DNA from: Octopus sinensis
Lineage: Eukaryota
Length of the DNA stretch: 64,000 nt
Direction: 5' to 3'
Assembly: GCF_006345805.1 (NCBI RefSeq)
Contig: NC_043000.1
Location: 142,352,001 to 142,416,000, forward strand
A program made the position numbers and the translations under genes. Shown one piece after another: positions 50,118 through 63,171 of this stretch. The notes below the pieces were generated by a model. The model saw only the letters and a list, made by a program, of their open reading frames with translations, did not search any database and had not been told where the DNA came from. The stretch's first letter is position 1; each line of letters starts with the position of its first letter.

Positions 50118-51328
50118 TATATACATACATATATGTTTGTGTATGTATGCATATATGTATATAAATATATGTGTGCGTATATAAACATATACATATATGT
50201 TCGTTGCTTGGTATGCTTCCATTTCTGCAACTGGCTATCTTTAGCTAGAGAGAGACATTCTTTTGGCTGACCTTGACGTTGTAGACAGATTTGACACTCA
50301 AGGCATGGTTCTATACGTATACAGAAATACATAGGTGCAGAAAATAATAAACAATGAAAATAACTCAGTAACGGAAATTATATTTCTTAATTCGACGGGC
50401 AGAAAGTAAATATGAAATTTTACGGAAAAATAATGAATTGTACAGGTTGAAGCGAAATTTCTCATTAAGCCAAAGAGCCAGTATCGAAGGAACAAGATAG
50501 AAATATATAGAGAGGTAGAGAGAGATGGATAGAGAGATATATACGTCCCTACGCTAGAAGCCCTGAAGTAAATATTTTAAAAAACTTTCAAAGACGTGAA
50601 TCTAATATCAAAAGTAATATTTTTTATATTATTTTATGACCAATGGATGTAAGGGAGACTATCAATTTCTGAAGGTTACTTCTCAAATAGTTACCACCGT
50701 CCCCCACATAACCCAGGAACGGGTGCTTTCTGCCCCCAAGGGGCCTGTTATTCATCACCCGACAAATTTTAAGAATCTAAAACTACCCCTGGAACATAAG
50801 CAATGTATGTTCCCAGTTTGGTGAAAACCAATTGAAAAATACGACCATTATAATATTTTACACCCACCCACATATACAGAGAACGGGACTTACATTATAT
50901 TATATTATATTATATGTTATATGTATATATATATATACATATATATGCACAAGGCCTCTGTGTATTAACCGTCGTCGTCGTCGGTTATACAGTATCTCGT
51001 ATCCGAGTACTTATTTTCTTCTTTGCTGAAGTCTTTCTGTGTGGTGATACCATTGATAACACCGTAAACCAATTCTTGCGTAGAAAAGTCAATGGCATTG
51101 ACTGCATGACAATGTATGTATCTATAATGGGAGAGAAAGGAGAGAGAAAGGGAGAGTGATGTAAAATACACCCAGAACGTCGCTAATAGCTTAGGGGTAA
51201 AATTTAGGATTTCTAGGTTTTCTGTGAATCGATTTTGATAAAACTTTTCCCAGCTGGATTTCACACTATGACAACATTATTGTTATATTTTCATTATTCT
51301 GTGTAACGTTCTTTCTTTTTTATTTCAG

Positions 51329-51432
51329 ATTCTTCAGCTGTCGTTGAACGGCGCTAATAGCGCCTCTCATCTCTACAAAAAATGGGATGTTGAAGAGGCC
51401 TTATCGATAAAGAAAAATCTGTCATCAACACG
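51329..51432 (+). other. Candidate internal exon of an unidentified host transcript
   Basis: Strong pyrimidine tract plus ttatttcag acceptor and CACG|gtaagt donor. One open frame, ILQLSLNGANSASHLYKKWDVEEALSIKKNLSST. No homology recognised. Confidence 0.35.
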
Positions 51433-51469
51433 GTAAGTGCTACAGGTACCTCTTTGATATTATTGCGAA

Positions 51470-52240
51470 GTTAAATCACAGTCAGACAATTCCTGAAAAT
51501 GCCTTCGACAAGGAAGAAACGATCTGATTGTGGGACATCCAGGACTTTGACAGCTAGAGCTTTAATGGTATTGGCCACAGGTTACGTGGGAAAACTTCAC
51601 AAACAAGCAAGGCCATTTTCATCGCCTCCAGACTTCCTCTTGTACCAAAACCACCAGAAATTGCATTCTCAGGACCATGGCTTCCGTGCAAGAACCCTTG
51701 AAACTGCTTCTTTTATCGGTCTGTCACAGAAGTTGGAGGCTTCAATGGGACCAAAAGTACATGACATTAGACATGTGTTGTGTTCTGATCACTGGCGAAA
51801 CCAAGGCGACCCTTGACGGACCTGACAGTTCGGCAGATGGCTAGGTCTATTTTGAAAATGAGCGTCAACAACATGGTGTAGGAGTCATGTTGTGGGCTTG
51901 TATCATTGGGGACAGACTTGTTGGCGCCTGACAGGGTTAAAGTGACCGAAGTCGCCTACTGCAATTTCCTGATGGAAGTCTTTGGTCCCTGGCTAGATGA
52001 CATAACACTGTCACTTTTAATAAATTTCGTATCCCCTCCCACACTGTTAGGAGCACCCAAACATTACTAGGGCCTTACAGCATACAAAGTAAAAGGTTGA
52101 TTGTATAGTCGCCAGCATCTCTGGATCTCAACCCTAGCGAAAATCTATGGTCCATCATTAAACAAGACGTTTATGCCAATAGACGCCAATTTACGTCGGG
52201 AGATGTCTTATGGGCGACCATCAAAACTGCAGGAGAGGCA
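51470..52240 (+). mobile_element. Tc1-family transposase relic (different family)
   Basis: GETKATLDGPD, RQQHGVGVMLWACIIG, PASLDLNPSENLWSIIKQDVY. Confidence 0.75.
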
Positions 52241-52309
52241 GACCATGGCGCTCATATTGCTATAATTTATTATGTCAATAAATGGTATAATATTATTAGG
52301 TCTTTCAAG

Positions 52310-52500
52310 GCGGCGAGCTGGCAGAAACATTAGCACACCGGGCGAAATCCTTAACAGTATTTTGTCTGTCTTTACGTTTTGATTTCGAATTTCGCCACGG
52401 TTGATTCTGCTTTTCATCCTTTCGGAGTTGATAAATTAAGTACCAGCTGCTTACTGGGGTCGATCTAATCGACTGGTCTCCTCCCTAAAATTTTGGTCCT
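52310..52500 (+). mobile_element. tRNA-derived SINE, same family as 8375-8577
   Basis: ggcggcgagctggcagaaacattagcacaccgg...tttcatcctttcggagttgataaa. Confidence 0.8.
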
Positions 52501-52779
52501 TCTGCATGAACTATAAAAGAATATTGTTATGTTTTTCTGTTAAATATATACTTAATGTGTGCTTAATATGTATCATTACACTTTATTTTCTGAAAAAAAG
52601 TTGTCTAGATGGGCTATTACCGTCGTTCACCCCAAAACTGAAGAATCTGAAAGAAAAAGGAAAGGACATTACATAGAATAACGAAAGCATAACAATGGCG
52701 TTGCCATAGTGTGCAAACCCGCGGGGAAAAGTTTTATCAAAAATCGACTTCACTCCTAAGTTATTAGCGTGGTTCTGGG

Positions 52780-53300
52780 TGTAGACTGGAATCGTCGGTT
52801 GATTTTTGTTTCAAGACGAATATTTGCATCCTCAATGCTGATGGCGAATGTAGATGAGGAAGCCAATCCTTACGTAGAACACACGATTGCATTGGCCACA
52901 AATGCGTGTTGAGTTGCTCAGGTTTCCAGCTGACTGACATTCCGTTGCCGTTGTTTCACCGCTGCTTTTCTTTATCTCTCAAAGAATATTACATTGATGT
53001 TTATGTTTTGTCGGTTGATTTCGGTCGTCTCGAAAATCAGGAAGTCGGACGCTGGACTGCTTCATAATAGACTTTTGCTAATCTTTGTAGCGTCGAAGAG
53101 GGGCACCTCTTTGTCTTTCCCAGTTGCTTGTTCTCTGAAGGGGATTTGGCAAAGGCACAACCTATCTCTCTAGAGGTTCTTCAGCTTCGTAAACAGTTGA
53201 GGAATTACTGGTTTATGAAGGAGAGTGTTCCTGTGGATCTCATTTGACAGTTGCTGTTTTTAGTACGATTGGGTAGCTAAGGAGACATGCTAAATGTGAG
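52780..53300 (-). mobile_element. RTE-clade LINE 3' relic
   Basis: Minus strand gives RGAPLRRYKD-like and C..CNRVF..RIG....HIRHQH-like C-terminal motifs. Confidence 0.5.
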
Positions 53301-53699
53301 GGGTCGCTTTAGTCGGTGCTACATTGACCATGTCCTGTGGGGGTAAGGAGTAATAGTCATCTGTTTCTGGCTCCTTATGGAGACAGCCAAGACTTAATAG
53401 ACTAAAATGGAGCAGGAAATTTCAAGATATCGTAGTGTTCAGTAATGTGATATACATTGGCATAGAATCCAGTAACAATTTCGTGCACCAGACTATTTTA
53501 ACATAAATTAACATCTGAATATAAAATTTATATATTACGCTTAAAACGCAGTGTTTACAATATGGCAGTAGAATTATGAAACTTCATAATATGTTTTATC
53601 GCACCACGCTACTGGCCTACTGCATAATCACCCTAATTAAGCTCAACTCTCTCTCTTTCTCACTCTCTTTCACTTTCTCTTTCTCTTTCATTCATGCAC

Positions 53700-53771
53700 A
53701 TACAAAACACTATATATATATAGATATATATATATATATTATATATATATATATATGTACACACATGCACT

Positions 53772-53803
<32 letters not shown>

Positions 53804-53934
53804 CAAATATATATATGTATATACACACACATATTATATATGTATATATATATATATATATATAATATATATATACAAATATATATGTATGTAGTATATA
53901 TAATATATACATATATGCAAGAGTGCGTATATAC

Positions 53935-54004
<70 letters not shown>

Positions 54005-54068
54005 ATATAGCATATGTATGTATATGCATCTGTATATACGCACACTCGCATAATATATATGTGTGTAA

Positions 54069-54119
<51 letters not shown>

Positions 54120-54210
54120 GTATGTCTATATATATATATATATATATGTATGTATATAGACATATATATATATTATATATATATACATATATACATACAT
54201 ATACATAGCT
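53700..54210. repeat. Large (TA)/(CA) compound microsatellite; similar tracts at 3450-3820, 10890-11375, 11830-12185, 17385-17610, 22890-23040, 42775-44070, 50050-50200
   Basis: Direct reading. These tracts explain the YI/CV/HT-repeat ORFs. Confidence 0.95.
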
Positions 54211-55314
54211 ATACTGAAATACGAACATACGCAGGCTCGTGCGCGTCTGTTGAAAAATTTAAACAATAATTACTTTATTTCACTTGTTTTCTCTTTGTCT
54301 TTACTGTTGGTTTCCTTCTTTTGTCTCGTTTGACCTATTCCTCTATAATCTAGTTCAGTGATCTCAGGAATAAAAGCAAACAGAAACTAAACGAGAATAT
54401 GAAATCTGCGATAGAGATTAGACACTTTATCGGCCCCAAAATAGATAAATGAATGCGCAAGTCTTCTGGGCATTCCCGATAAAACTTTAAGTATCTTTAT
54501 TTATTTTTCACTTACTAATATATTTATTTCTTTACTGCATTTTTTACACTTGAATTCATTTGTTTTTCTTTTTACTTTTCTTAATGTTTTATTGATTAAT
54601 TAATTTTTATTAATTAATCTGTTTTGCTCTTTTCATTTGATATAACTTACTTCCAGAACTGTTTCTTTAATAGCCTATTTCGCCATTGTTAATTAGTTTA
54701 ATAGTTGATTAAACATGCGGGTTTATGTCTATTTGCTTCTAAAATCTTCTTAAATCTTCGCTAAAACCATTCAGCAGTGCATCTTGAGATAATTAAATTC
54801 TAGGTTTCACACTTCGTTGAAGTCAAATGCTTGATTAACCTTCTCTTTGTTATCAAACCAGTCAGCTATTATATTTTCTTAGAGCAAATGTTTCTCCAAT
54901 CTTCAGTGTTTTAACTTTTTCGTCGTTATATGTATAATTTTTTTCTACTCTCATTTTATTCTGGAATATTTATTGATTTTTCTTCAATTTTTTTCTCCTT
55001 TTTTAATAGCTTGGAGGGCCTGACTGATGGAATGGATTCGACTTCCTGCGTTTATGGTGTAAAAAATAAATAAAATATCATGAAAGTTACTCATATTTAC
55101 AATTAAATGTGTTTGAATTTACGTTAGGGTCGTCATTAAATGTATTTACCTGATGTTTCTTTCTGAATGCCAGCATGCTGGTCAGTGGCGGGTTGATTAA
55201 AATTCACACAACAAAGGCATATACATATGTGTGTGTGAGAGAGTGTGAGCATACATATGCATATGTAAATAAATGTGTGTGTGCATATATATATATATAT
55301 GTGGTGTGTGTGTA

Positions 55315-55352
<38 letters not shown>

Positions 55353-55399
55353 TGGATGTATATATGCACACATGACATATATATATTTCTTTATTGCCC

Positions 55400-55620
55400 A
55401 TAAGGGGCTAAACATAGATGGGGACAAACAAGGACAGACAAAGGGATTAAGTCGATTACATCGACCCCCCCCCCAGTGCGAAACTGGTACTTTATTTATC
55501 GACCCCGAAAGGATAAAAGGTAAAGTCGACCTCGGCGGAATTTGAACTCAAAACGTAACGACAGATGAAATACCGCTAAGCATTTCGCCCGGGGCGCTAA
55601 CGCTTCTGCCAGCACGCCGC
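55400..55620 (-). mobile_element. tRNA-derived SINE, same family as 8375-8577
   Basis: gaccccgaaaggataaaaggtaaagtcgacctcggcggaatttgaactc. Confidence 0.8.
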
Positions 55621-57007
55621 TATATGACATATATATATATACTTATGTTATATATGCACACATGCATATATATTCTTATATTTACATATATTTATATATT
55701 CGATGATGGCTTAGCTAACCGAAACTTAGAAGTCACTGTCGACAGCCTTCACATTTATGAACAATAAATATACGTTTATATACATAGACATATAACAATA
55801 TCAGAAATATATATATATATATATATATCATTCATAAGTACGTGTACGCGTATACGTGGAGGCGTGTGGCTTAGTGTTCAAGGGTTTGCACACATAATCA
55901 GATGATTATGGTATCGATCACTGGCCCGGACAATGCATTGTACTTTCTAACAAAATATTTCGTTCAACGTGGCTGTAGCCCACTCAGTTGGCTAACACAG
56001 GGTGAGCAATCGTGTGATGGAGCGGCTTCCTGTTCGGGGTGGGGTGAATATATTCGCATCCGAACCCGGCAAACTGTTCTTATGAGTCTATGTCTCAGGA
56101 AGGACATTTGATATATTCATGTATTCATGTATGTTCGCTTTTGTTAATTATTTGAATTCTTCCTTTGTGGTCTGGTGCTAGATTCTGTCAATGATACAAA
56201 ACCCCATATTGTTTTAATGATTTTTACCGCAGTTGTAAAAAAGCAGTATATAGCAGCTGTTAAAGAATATTTCAGAAAATTTCAAAAACTTATTTTAATG
56301 TTTCAGAATTAGCTAAAGTGGCAAGCTGGCAGAGCGGTTACCACGCCGTACAAAGTGCTCAGCGGCATTTCGGAGTTTCTTTCGTTCTAATTCAAAACTC
56401 CGGCGAGATCAACTTTGCCTTTCATCATTTTGGGGTTGATAAAATACGTACCAGTTGAGCCCTGGGTCCGCTGTCATTGCCTTACTCCCACCCTGAATTC
56501 CTTTCCCTCAGACAAATGTTTCAGAATTCGCTGCGTTTTACATTTCAATAGTCTTCAAACGACAACACATTCAATAATTAAAATATATATATTTATGTGA
56601 TCTTTCCCTAAAACTACCTTTCATCGACATCCGACTGTTAATGTATAGCTCAGATAAAAATTTGGTTAAATTTTATTTTTACTTTGGATGATTGCAATTT
56701 CTGCAAACCTTTGATTTTTACGTATACGTACGCATACATGCATGGAGACGTATTTTACCCATATTTTCCTTATCAACACTACTGTGCACAAAACAGTTTT
56801 TCATTCAATAATTAAGATGCAATTTTTGTTTTTGTGTGGTGTGTGTGTGTGTGTGTGCAAGATTATCTGTGATGATAACCTTCCATAAAATTCATGAACC
56901 AGAAGACTCTAAGGTAATATACACAGGCACACGCATATGCATCATGCACACTCACACATACTGAAACACACGCACATATACAAACATAAATGTATATATC
57001 GATATCA

Positions 57008-57044
<37 letters not shown>

Positions 57045-57074
57045 TATTTATTCATATATATACTATATATATAT

Positions 57075-57882
57075 AACGGGAAGCTTTATGAAAATAGACA
57101 AAAGACGAAGGCAAGTGGAAAACAAACGAACAATTGTATTAGTATGGCGCTCAGGAAATATAATAAAACAAAGTTCTTTAACGTTCGAGCCTACGCTCTT
57201 AAACAGAAAAGATACACAGAGAGAGAAAAACACAGAAAGAAGGAGAGAAAAAAAATGCGTGCAATATAAGAGAAAATAAAAATACAACAAAACGGGACAG
57301 TTATGCGAACAAGTTCAAGGTTGAAAGTTCAAGTGAGAAATGTGTAGACGACGTCGTGGTATATTTTTAAGGATTTCACATCAATGCCAAAGTCACTTTG
57401 ATCCGCGAAAGAGAGGTGCAGCCAATGGTAAGTATCCAAGAGGTAAAGAAAATCTCAGGTAGAGGTTAGTGTTGATAGTGGTATTGGTAGAATATAGGAG
57501 GAATAGTGAGACCACTGGAGCGCATAATATATAACGGGAAGCTTTATGAAAATAAACAAAAGACGAAGGCAGGTGGGAAAACAAAACGAACAATTGTAAT
57601 AGTATGGCGCTCAGGAAATATAAATAAAACAAGTCTTTAACGTTTCGAGCCTACGCTCTTCACAGAAAGATACACAGAGAGAGAAAACAAACACAGAAAG
57701 AAGGAGAGAAAAAAAATGCGTGCAGTAGATAACGAAATCAACATGGCGATCTGATTTCGGCCAGAGGTCAAAGATCAAACATGAGACGCGAGAGCGAAAT
57801 AAGGGGAGATAATAGGGTTGATAAAAGGGTTGAGGGACCAGCTAAAAGTGCGTGGGAGGGGTCTGGATGTGTGTATGTATAG

Positions 57883-57918
<36 letters not shown>

Positions 57919-58150
57919 AAACACACACACACATATATATGTATGCATAATTCAAACTTACAGAAGACAAAAGACGAAGGCAGGATATGGAACAAGCAGG
58001 TATTTTAGTTTAGCGTTCGGGAAGAATGAAAACGTCTTTAATGTTCCGTGCCAACGCTCTTCGACAGAAATGGTTCACAGGGGGAAAAATGTGGGAAGAA
58101 CGAAAAACACAACGGAGAGAGACAAAATATATATAGGGATTAACGGTTCA
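57075..58150 (-). mobile_element. Three copies of the same PLE-derived short repeat (57075-57290, 57525-57730, about 57950-58150)
   Basis: atataacgggaagctttatgaaaata..caaaagacgaaggca..cgagcctacgctctt repeated. Third copy is more diverged. Confidence 0.65.
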
Positions 58151-58339
58151 GCATGATGAAATATACACTCCCACACCCACACCCCCACACTCACAAACAC
58201 ATATACGTATGTATTATGTATGTTTGTATGTATCGATAGTTTCCAGAGGTTCGCTTATTACGAACACATAAAAGAGGCGCAAGCTATTTATACAATTTTT
58301 TATCCAAATTCTGTTTATTTTGTTTATTTTATGAATATG

Positions 58340-58383
<44 letters not shown>

Positions 58384-58502
58384 ATATAAACTAATCCATT
58401 CTTGTTGCTTTTTTCTCGTTTATACATATATATATACACACAACGTGAAACAAACGAAGCAGGATTTGGATAAAAACTATGTATGTAATATATATATATA
58501 TA

Positions 58503-58795
58503 TCACGTGACCGACCAGACCATCAGATGTTGCTACACATCGCTGGTCATAATGCGTTCGCATTGTTTTAGCCTTCGAATGACGGCACCCCGCTGGCTAA
58601 GCGAGTAGGCCAGCAGAAGAAAGAGTGAGAGAAAGAGTGGTGAAAGAGCACAGCAGGGATCACCCCCACCTGCCGGAGATTCGTGGAGCTGTTAGGTGTT
58701 TTCGCTCAATAAACACACACAACGCCCGGTCTGGGAATCGAAACCGTTATCCTACGACTGCGAGTCTGCCGCCCTAACCACTGGGCCATTGTGCC
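58503..58795 (-). mobile_element. tRNA-derived SINE, same family as 13654-13958
   Basis: Reverse complement similarity over the full length. Confidence 0.85.
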
Positions 58796-58830
58796 TACAC
58801 ACACACATACACACACACACGCACACACAC

Positions 58831-58887
<57 letters not shown>

Positions 58888-60485
58888 CTGAAAGAAGTTT
58901 TAAGAATGCAATTTAAAATATGTTTATTGAGTTGACCGCTTTCACTTTTTAGATAAAATGTAAAATGTTAAACTTTGTATAAGTTTTGTTGTGTGAAGTA
59001 CGGGTTATCACAAGAGTATTTATATCCAGTTATACATTCTTTGATAATAATAAGAATATGTTAAAAACAGTTTACAGAAAAAAATATTTAAGAAAGTTTT
59101 CAGAAGGGGACTACAAAAGTATTATGAATTCTATAAAAATCATGCTTGTTTGCTAGCGTATATATATATATTTATATATACACACACAAAAGGAGATATA
59201 TTTTAAAATTTTCAAAAAGTTGTAGAGGAATACCTGCTCTGTCTTTCTGACATTTTCTGTCTTGTGTGTAGCTAAGGAAATTTTGCTATTTTAAGGGACA
59301 TTGTGGGAGGTTTTGGTGGGCGGGGAAGGAAGAGCAATGTGCAATCAAAAAGATTTTTTTTGTTTCTGGGCTAGTCTGTCATGGTTCAGTGGTTTGGGGG
59401 ACTGGTCTTAGAGGTCGGAATGGCGTGAATATATGTCTCTGTGCACGTTTCTATGTGCGTGTGTTTATACATATGCTCGTGTCTCTGTGTGTGGGCCGTT
59501 TTTGATTGTTCCCAGAGTTTATTGTAGTGTGTGTATATGAATCTGCGTGTGTTTTATAATTGGTTGGATGTTGTATATATATGTGTGTGCACGTTTGTGT
59601 GTGCATGTGTGTGATTATTATTTGTCAGGGTGTATGTATGCGTCTATGTATGCGTGTGTATATTTGTGTGTTTTGTGTTGGCGGGGATGTTATGTGAGTG
59701 TAAGTGAGTGTCTGTATACGCGAGTGTTTGTATGTGGGCGTATGTTTGTGTTATAATTGTCCTATTCGTGTGTGTGTATCTGTGCGAGTAGTATTCCTCA
59801 GGGTGTTATGTGCGTGCATGTGTGTATGTGTTTGTTCACGTGTGTTTAAGTTTGCGTCTGTGTGCATGCGTGTTCTTGTTTGTGTGTTTTGAGTTGGTAG
59901 GGATGTTTTGTGTGTGTACGTGTGTGTGTGTGTGTGTGTGTGAGTCTGTGTCTGAGTATATGTTGTTATAAATTGTCCTGGTGATGTGTGTGTGTATGTG
60001 AGCAACCGTATGTGTGTATGAGGGTGCATATATATATGTGTGTGGGGGTATGTGCGAATGTGTATGTGTGTGAGTGTCTCGTATCTATCAGGGTTTCTGT
60101 GTGTGTTGTGTTTAGCCAGGTAGTGTGTACGTGTGTGCGTGTACGTTCTGTACATTTTGGTAATAAGTATGTGTTTGTTTGTGTGTGTACAAATATGTGG
60201 GTATGGTTTATGTAGTTTCCAGGCGGGTGTGTGCATATATGTGTGTGTGTGCTATATTTGTGACTTGTTTTGTTTGTATTGTTAGTGCAGATTGTGTACA
60301 CGTGTGGGTGTGTTTGTGTGAGTGTGTCTCTGTGTCTTGTATTGGTCGGGGAGATGTGTGTCATTGTGTGTGCGCATGCTTTTCTGTATGTCTGTCTCTC
60401 TGTTTGTCTGTTTGTAAGTGATTTTTCTGATTGCTGGGGTTGTATTGTGTGTATATGTGTTTGTTTTGAGTGTGTGTGTGAGAGA
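58888..60485 (-). repeat. Left arm of long imperfect inverted repeat flanking the PLE RT (inverted copy of PLE 3' region)
   Basis: ctttgtataagttttgttgtgtgaagtacgggtta (about 58972) is reverse complement of taacccgtacttcacacaacaaaacttatacaaag (about 62837). Similarity continues into the GT-rich tract. Confidence 0.8.
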
Positions 60486-60489
60486 GAGA

Positions 60490-62090
60490 ATCCACGACAC
60501 CAAATGATAGAAATCAACCCTCAAAAACCAAATATAGTGAATCTCTCAAACCTAAACCTGTCAACCCGACAAATCAAAATCCTTTGAAAAGGACTAAAAT
60601 TAACTCCAACCCCACAATACCCTAACCTGAATGAAATACAGGATGATATCTCACAATTTTGCAGAAAATTATGCCTCATAGAAGAATTTTTTGACAAAGA
60701 CGTTTATAAGGACTAATCACTGGTCCGTAACAAGAGCAATTATAATCACCAAAAAGGCAGAAACAAAACTTTGGACAAATTTTGTGATTATATTTCAAAT
60801 TTCCTTTTAGTGAACTTCCACAACCTAAACCCCAAACCAGTAAAAGCGAATGGGAAATCATCTATGAGTTACGAAACAATGGTGACATCACAATCAAGGG
60901 AGCTGATAAGAGTAGTACTGCCGTTATTATGGATAATGAACAATACAAAAACTCCGTATCTGACCTCTTACAAGATACTACCTACAATGAAAGAATAGTC
61001 AACTACCATCAATCAAAAACAATTACTAAATTAAACACACTCATTTCCCAACATCAAAATAACTTAACAACGCTAAAGGAATGCGACTACCTAACAAATT
61101 TTAATTGCAAAACCAGCAATCTCTTCGGGCTTCCAAACATCCACAAGAGCAAAATAATTACCGAAGCTTGCAAAAAGTCCACTTCAACCTGCATCACTGA
61201 AGCACATCCCACTAATCTCAAACTGAGACCAATTGTGGCAGGCCCAATCTGTGAAACACACAGATTAAGCAACTTTATTGATATCCTCTTAAAACCAATA
61301 ATTAAATACATACCAAGTATTGTAAGAGATGACCTGGACCTATTAAATCATCTCACCAAACATACCAATAAAGACATGTGCATCGTCTCTTTTGATGTAA
61401 TAAACCTTAACACGACGATCCCACATCAATACGGACTGGAAGCCATTAAATTCTGGCAAGAAAATTACCCCAAAAATAAAGAAGAATTTATCATCGAGGG
61501 CCTTAAGTTTTTCCTCCAAAACAATTTTTTAAATTTTAATAATAATACCTAAAGACAGGTATCAGGGACTGCAGTTGGTACTAAAGTTGCCCCTACTTAT
61601 GAAAACCTGCTGATGGCCAACCTAGAATTACAAATTTATGAAGAATCCAAATCAAAATACGGCCTGTCTTTCCACAAATACCTGCTGGAGAATTGTAAAC
61701 GCTACTTCGATGATTGCCTCATCCTATGCTCCCACACACTCGACCAACTCAATGATTTCAAAAACTTAATCAACACTGCCAACAACCCTATCCAATTTAC
61801 AATGGAATATTGTCAAAACCAACTTCCTTTTCTTGACATTCTTATTATAAAAAAGGCACTAACATTGATATCCACTACAAACCAACTGATTCCAAACAAT
61901 ACTTCTGTACACCTCCCATCACCCAAAGCACACGAAGACACACATCCCCTTCAACCTAGAGAGAAGAATCTGTACAATTGTCTCAATTTACAGAACACGA
62001 AATTAAAAAAAACTCCAAGATTTAAAGGCAATTCTTCTCGAAAGATATTACTCAACATCAGTAGTTGACAATGGAATAGAACGGGTCAAG
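60490..62090 (+). pseudogene. Penelope-like element reverse transcriptase, frameshifted and 3'-truncated
   Basis: Motifs NIVNLSNLNLS, ITIKGADKSSTAVIMD, LRPIVAGPICETHRLS, SFDVINLNTTIPH, QVSGTAVGTKVAPTY, KRYFDD, QLPFLD. No GIY-YIG domain is visible. Confidence 0.85.
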
Positions 62091-62094
62091 ACAT

Positions 62095-62962
62095 TTGCGA
62101 CCCAAGATGCACTCATACACACACGCGAAACACACATACATACATGCGCTCACAGAACAACCTGACAAATACTAATCACACACATACACACACACCCCAC
62201 CAAGACAATTATAACAACACAAACATACGCCAACACACACACACTCACGTACACAGACACTCATGTACACACACATAACAACACCCTGACAAATACTAAT
62301 CACAAACATACACACAAACGTGCACACATATACACACACCATTCGACTAAATATAAAATACACACCACTATAAACTCTGGAACCAATCAAAAACGACCCA
62401 GCACACAGAAACACAAATACATATATATACACACATGGAGACGTGCAAAGAGACACACACACACCATTCTGACCTCTGAGACCAGTCCCCCAAACCACTG
62501 AACAATCACAGACTAGCCAGAAACAATAAAATCATTTCGATTCCGCATTGCTCTTCCCCCACCCCCGCCAACCGATCTCCCACTCTGTCCCTTAAAATAG
62601 CAAACATTCCTTAGCTACACACAAGACAAAAAAGACTGCAATTTTTTTGTAAATTCTTAGATATATCTCCTTCTGTGTATATATAAACTACCAAACAATC
62701 TTGATTTTTATTGAACTCATAATACTCTTTGTAGTCCCGTTCTGAGTACTTTCTTAAAAACTTTCTTGTAAACAGTTTTTAACATTTTCTTATTATTATC
62801 AAAAAATGTGTAACTGTATTTTAATACTTTTGTGCTAACCCGTACTTCACACAACAAAACTTATACAAAGCTTTGCAGTTTAGTTTTGACAATCTTTTTC
62901 TAAGAAAGTGAAACCGACCAAGTCAATAAACATCTTTTAAATTGCATTTTGAAACCTTTCAT
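62095..62962 (+). repeat. Right arm of the inverted repeat (PLE 3' region, AC-rich)
   Basis: Reverse complement matches 58888-59560, e.g. gaccagtcccccaaaccactga versus tcagtggtttgggg-actggtc. Confidence 0.8.
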
Positions 62963-63009
62963 ATATATTTCCACTCGTGTGGCACCTTACAACTTCACTT
63001 TGTTATATG

Positions 63010-63041
<32 letters not shown>

Positions 63042-63171
63042 CAGTGATAAAACTCATCAACCGACATGCGCGCACATACATACACAAATATTTATACATT
63101 AAATTATTAATATAATATGCATGTATGTGTGTGTTTGTGTGTGCAAGCATCTATATATTGTGTACATAAAC

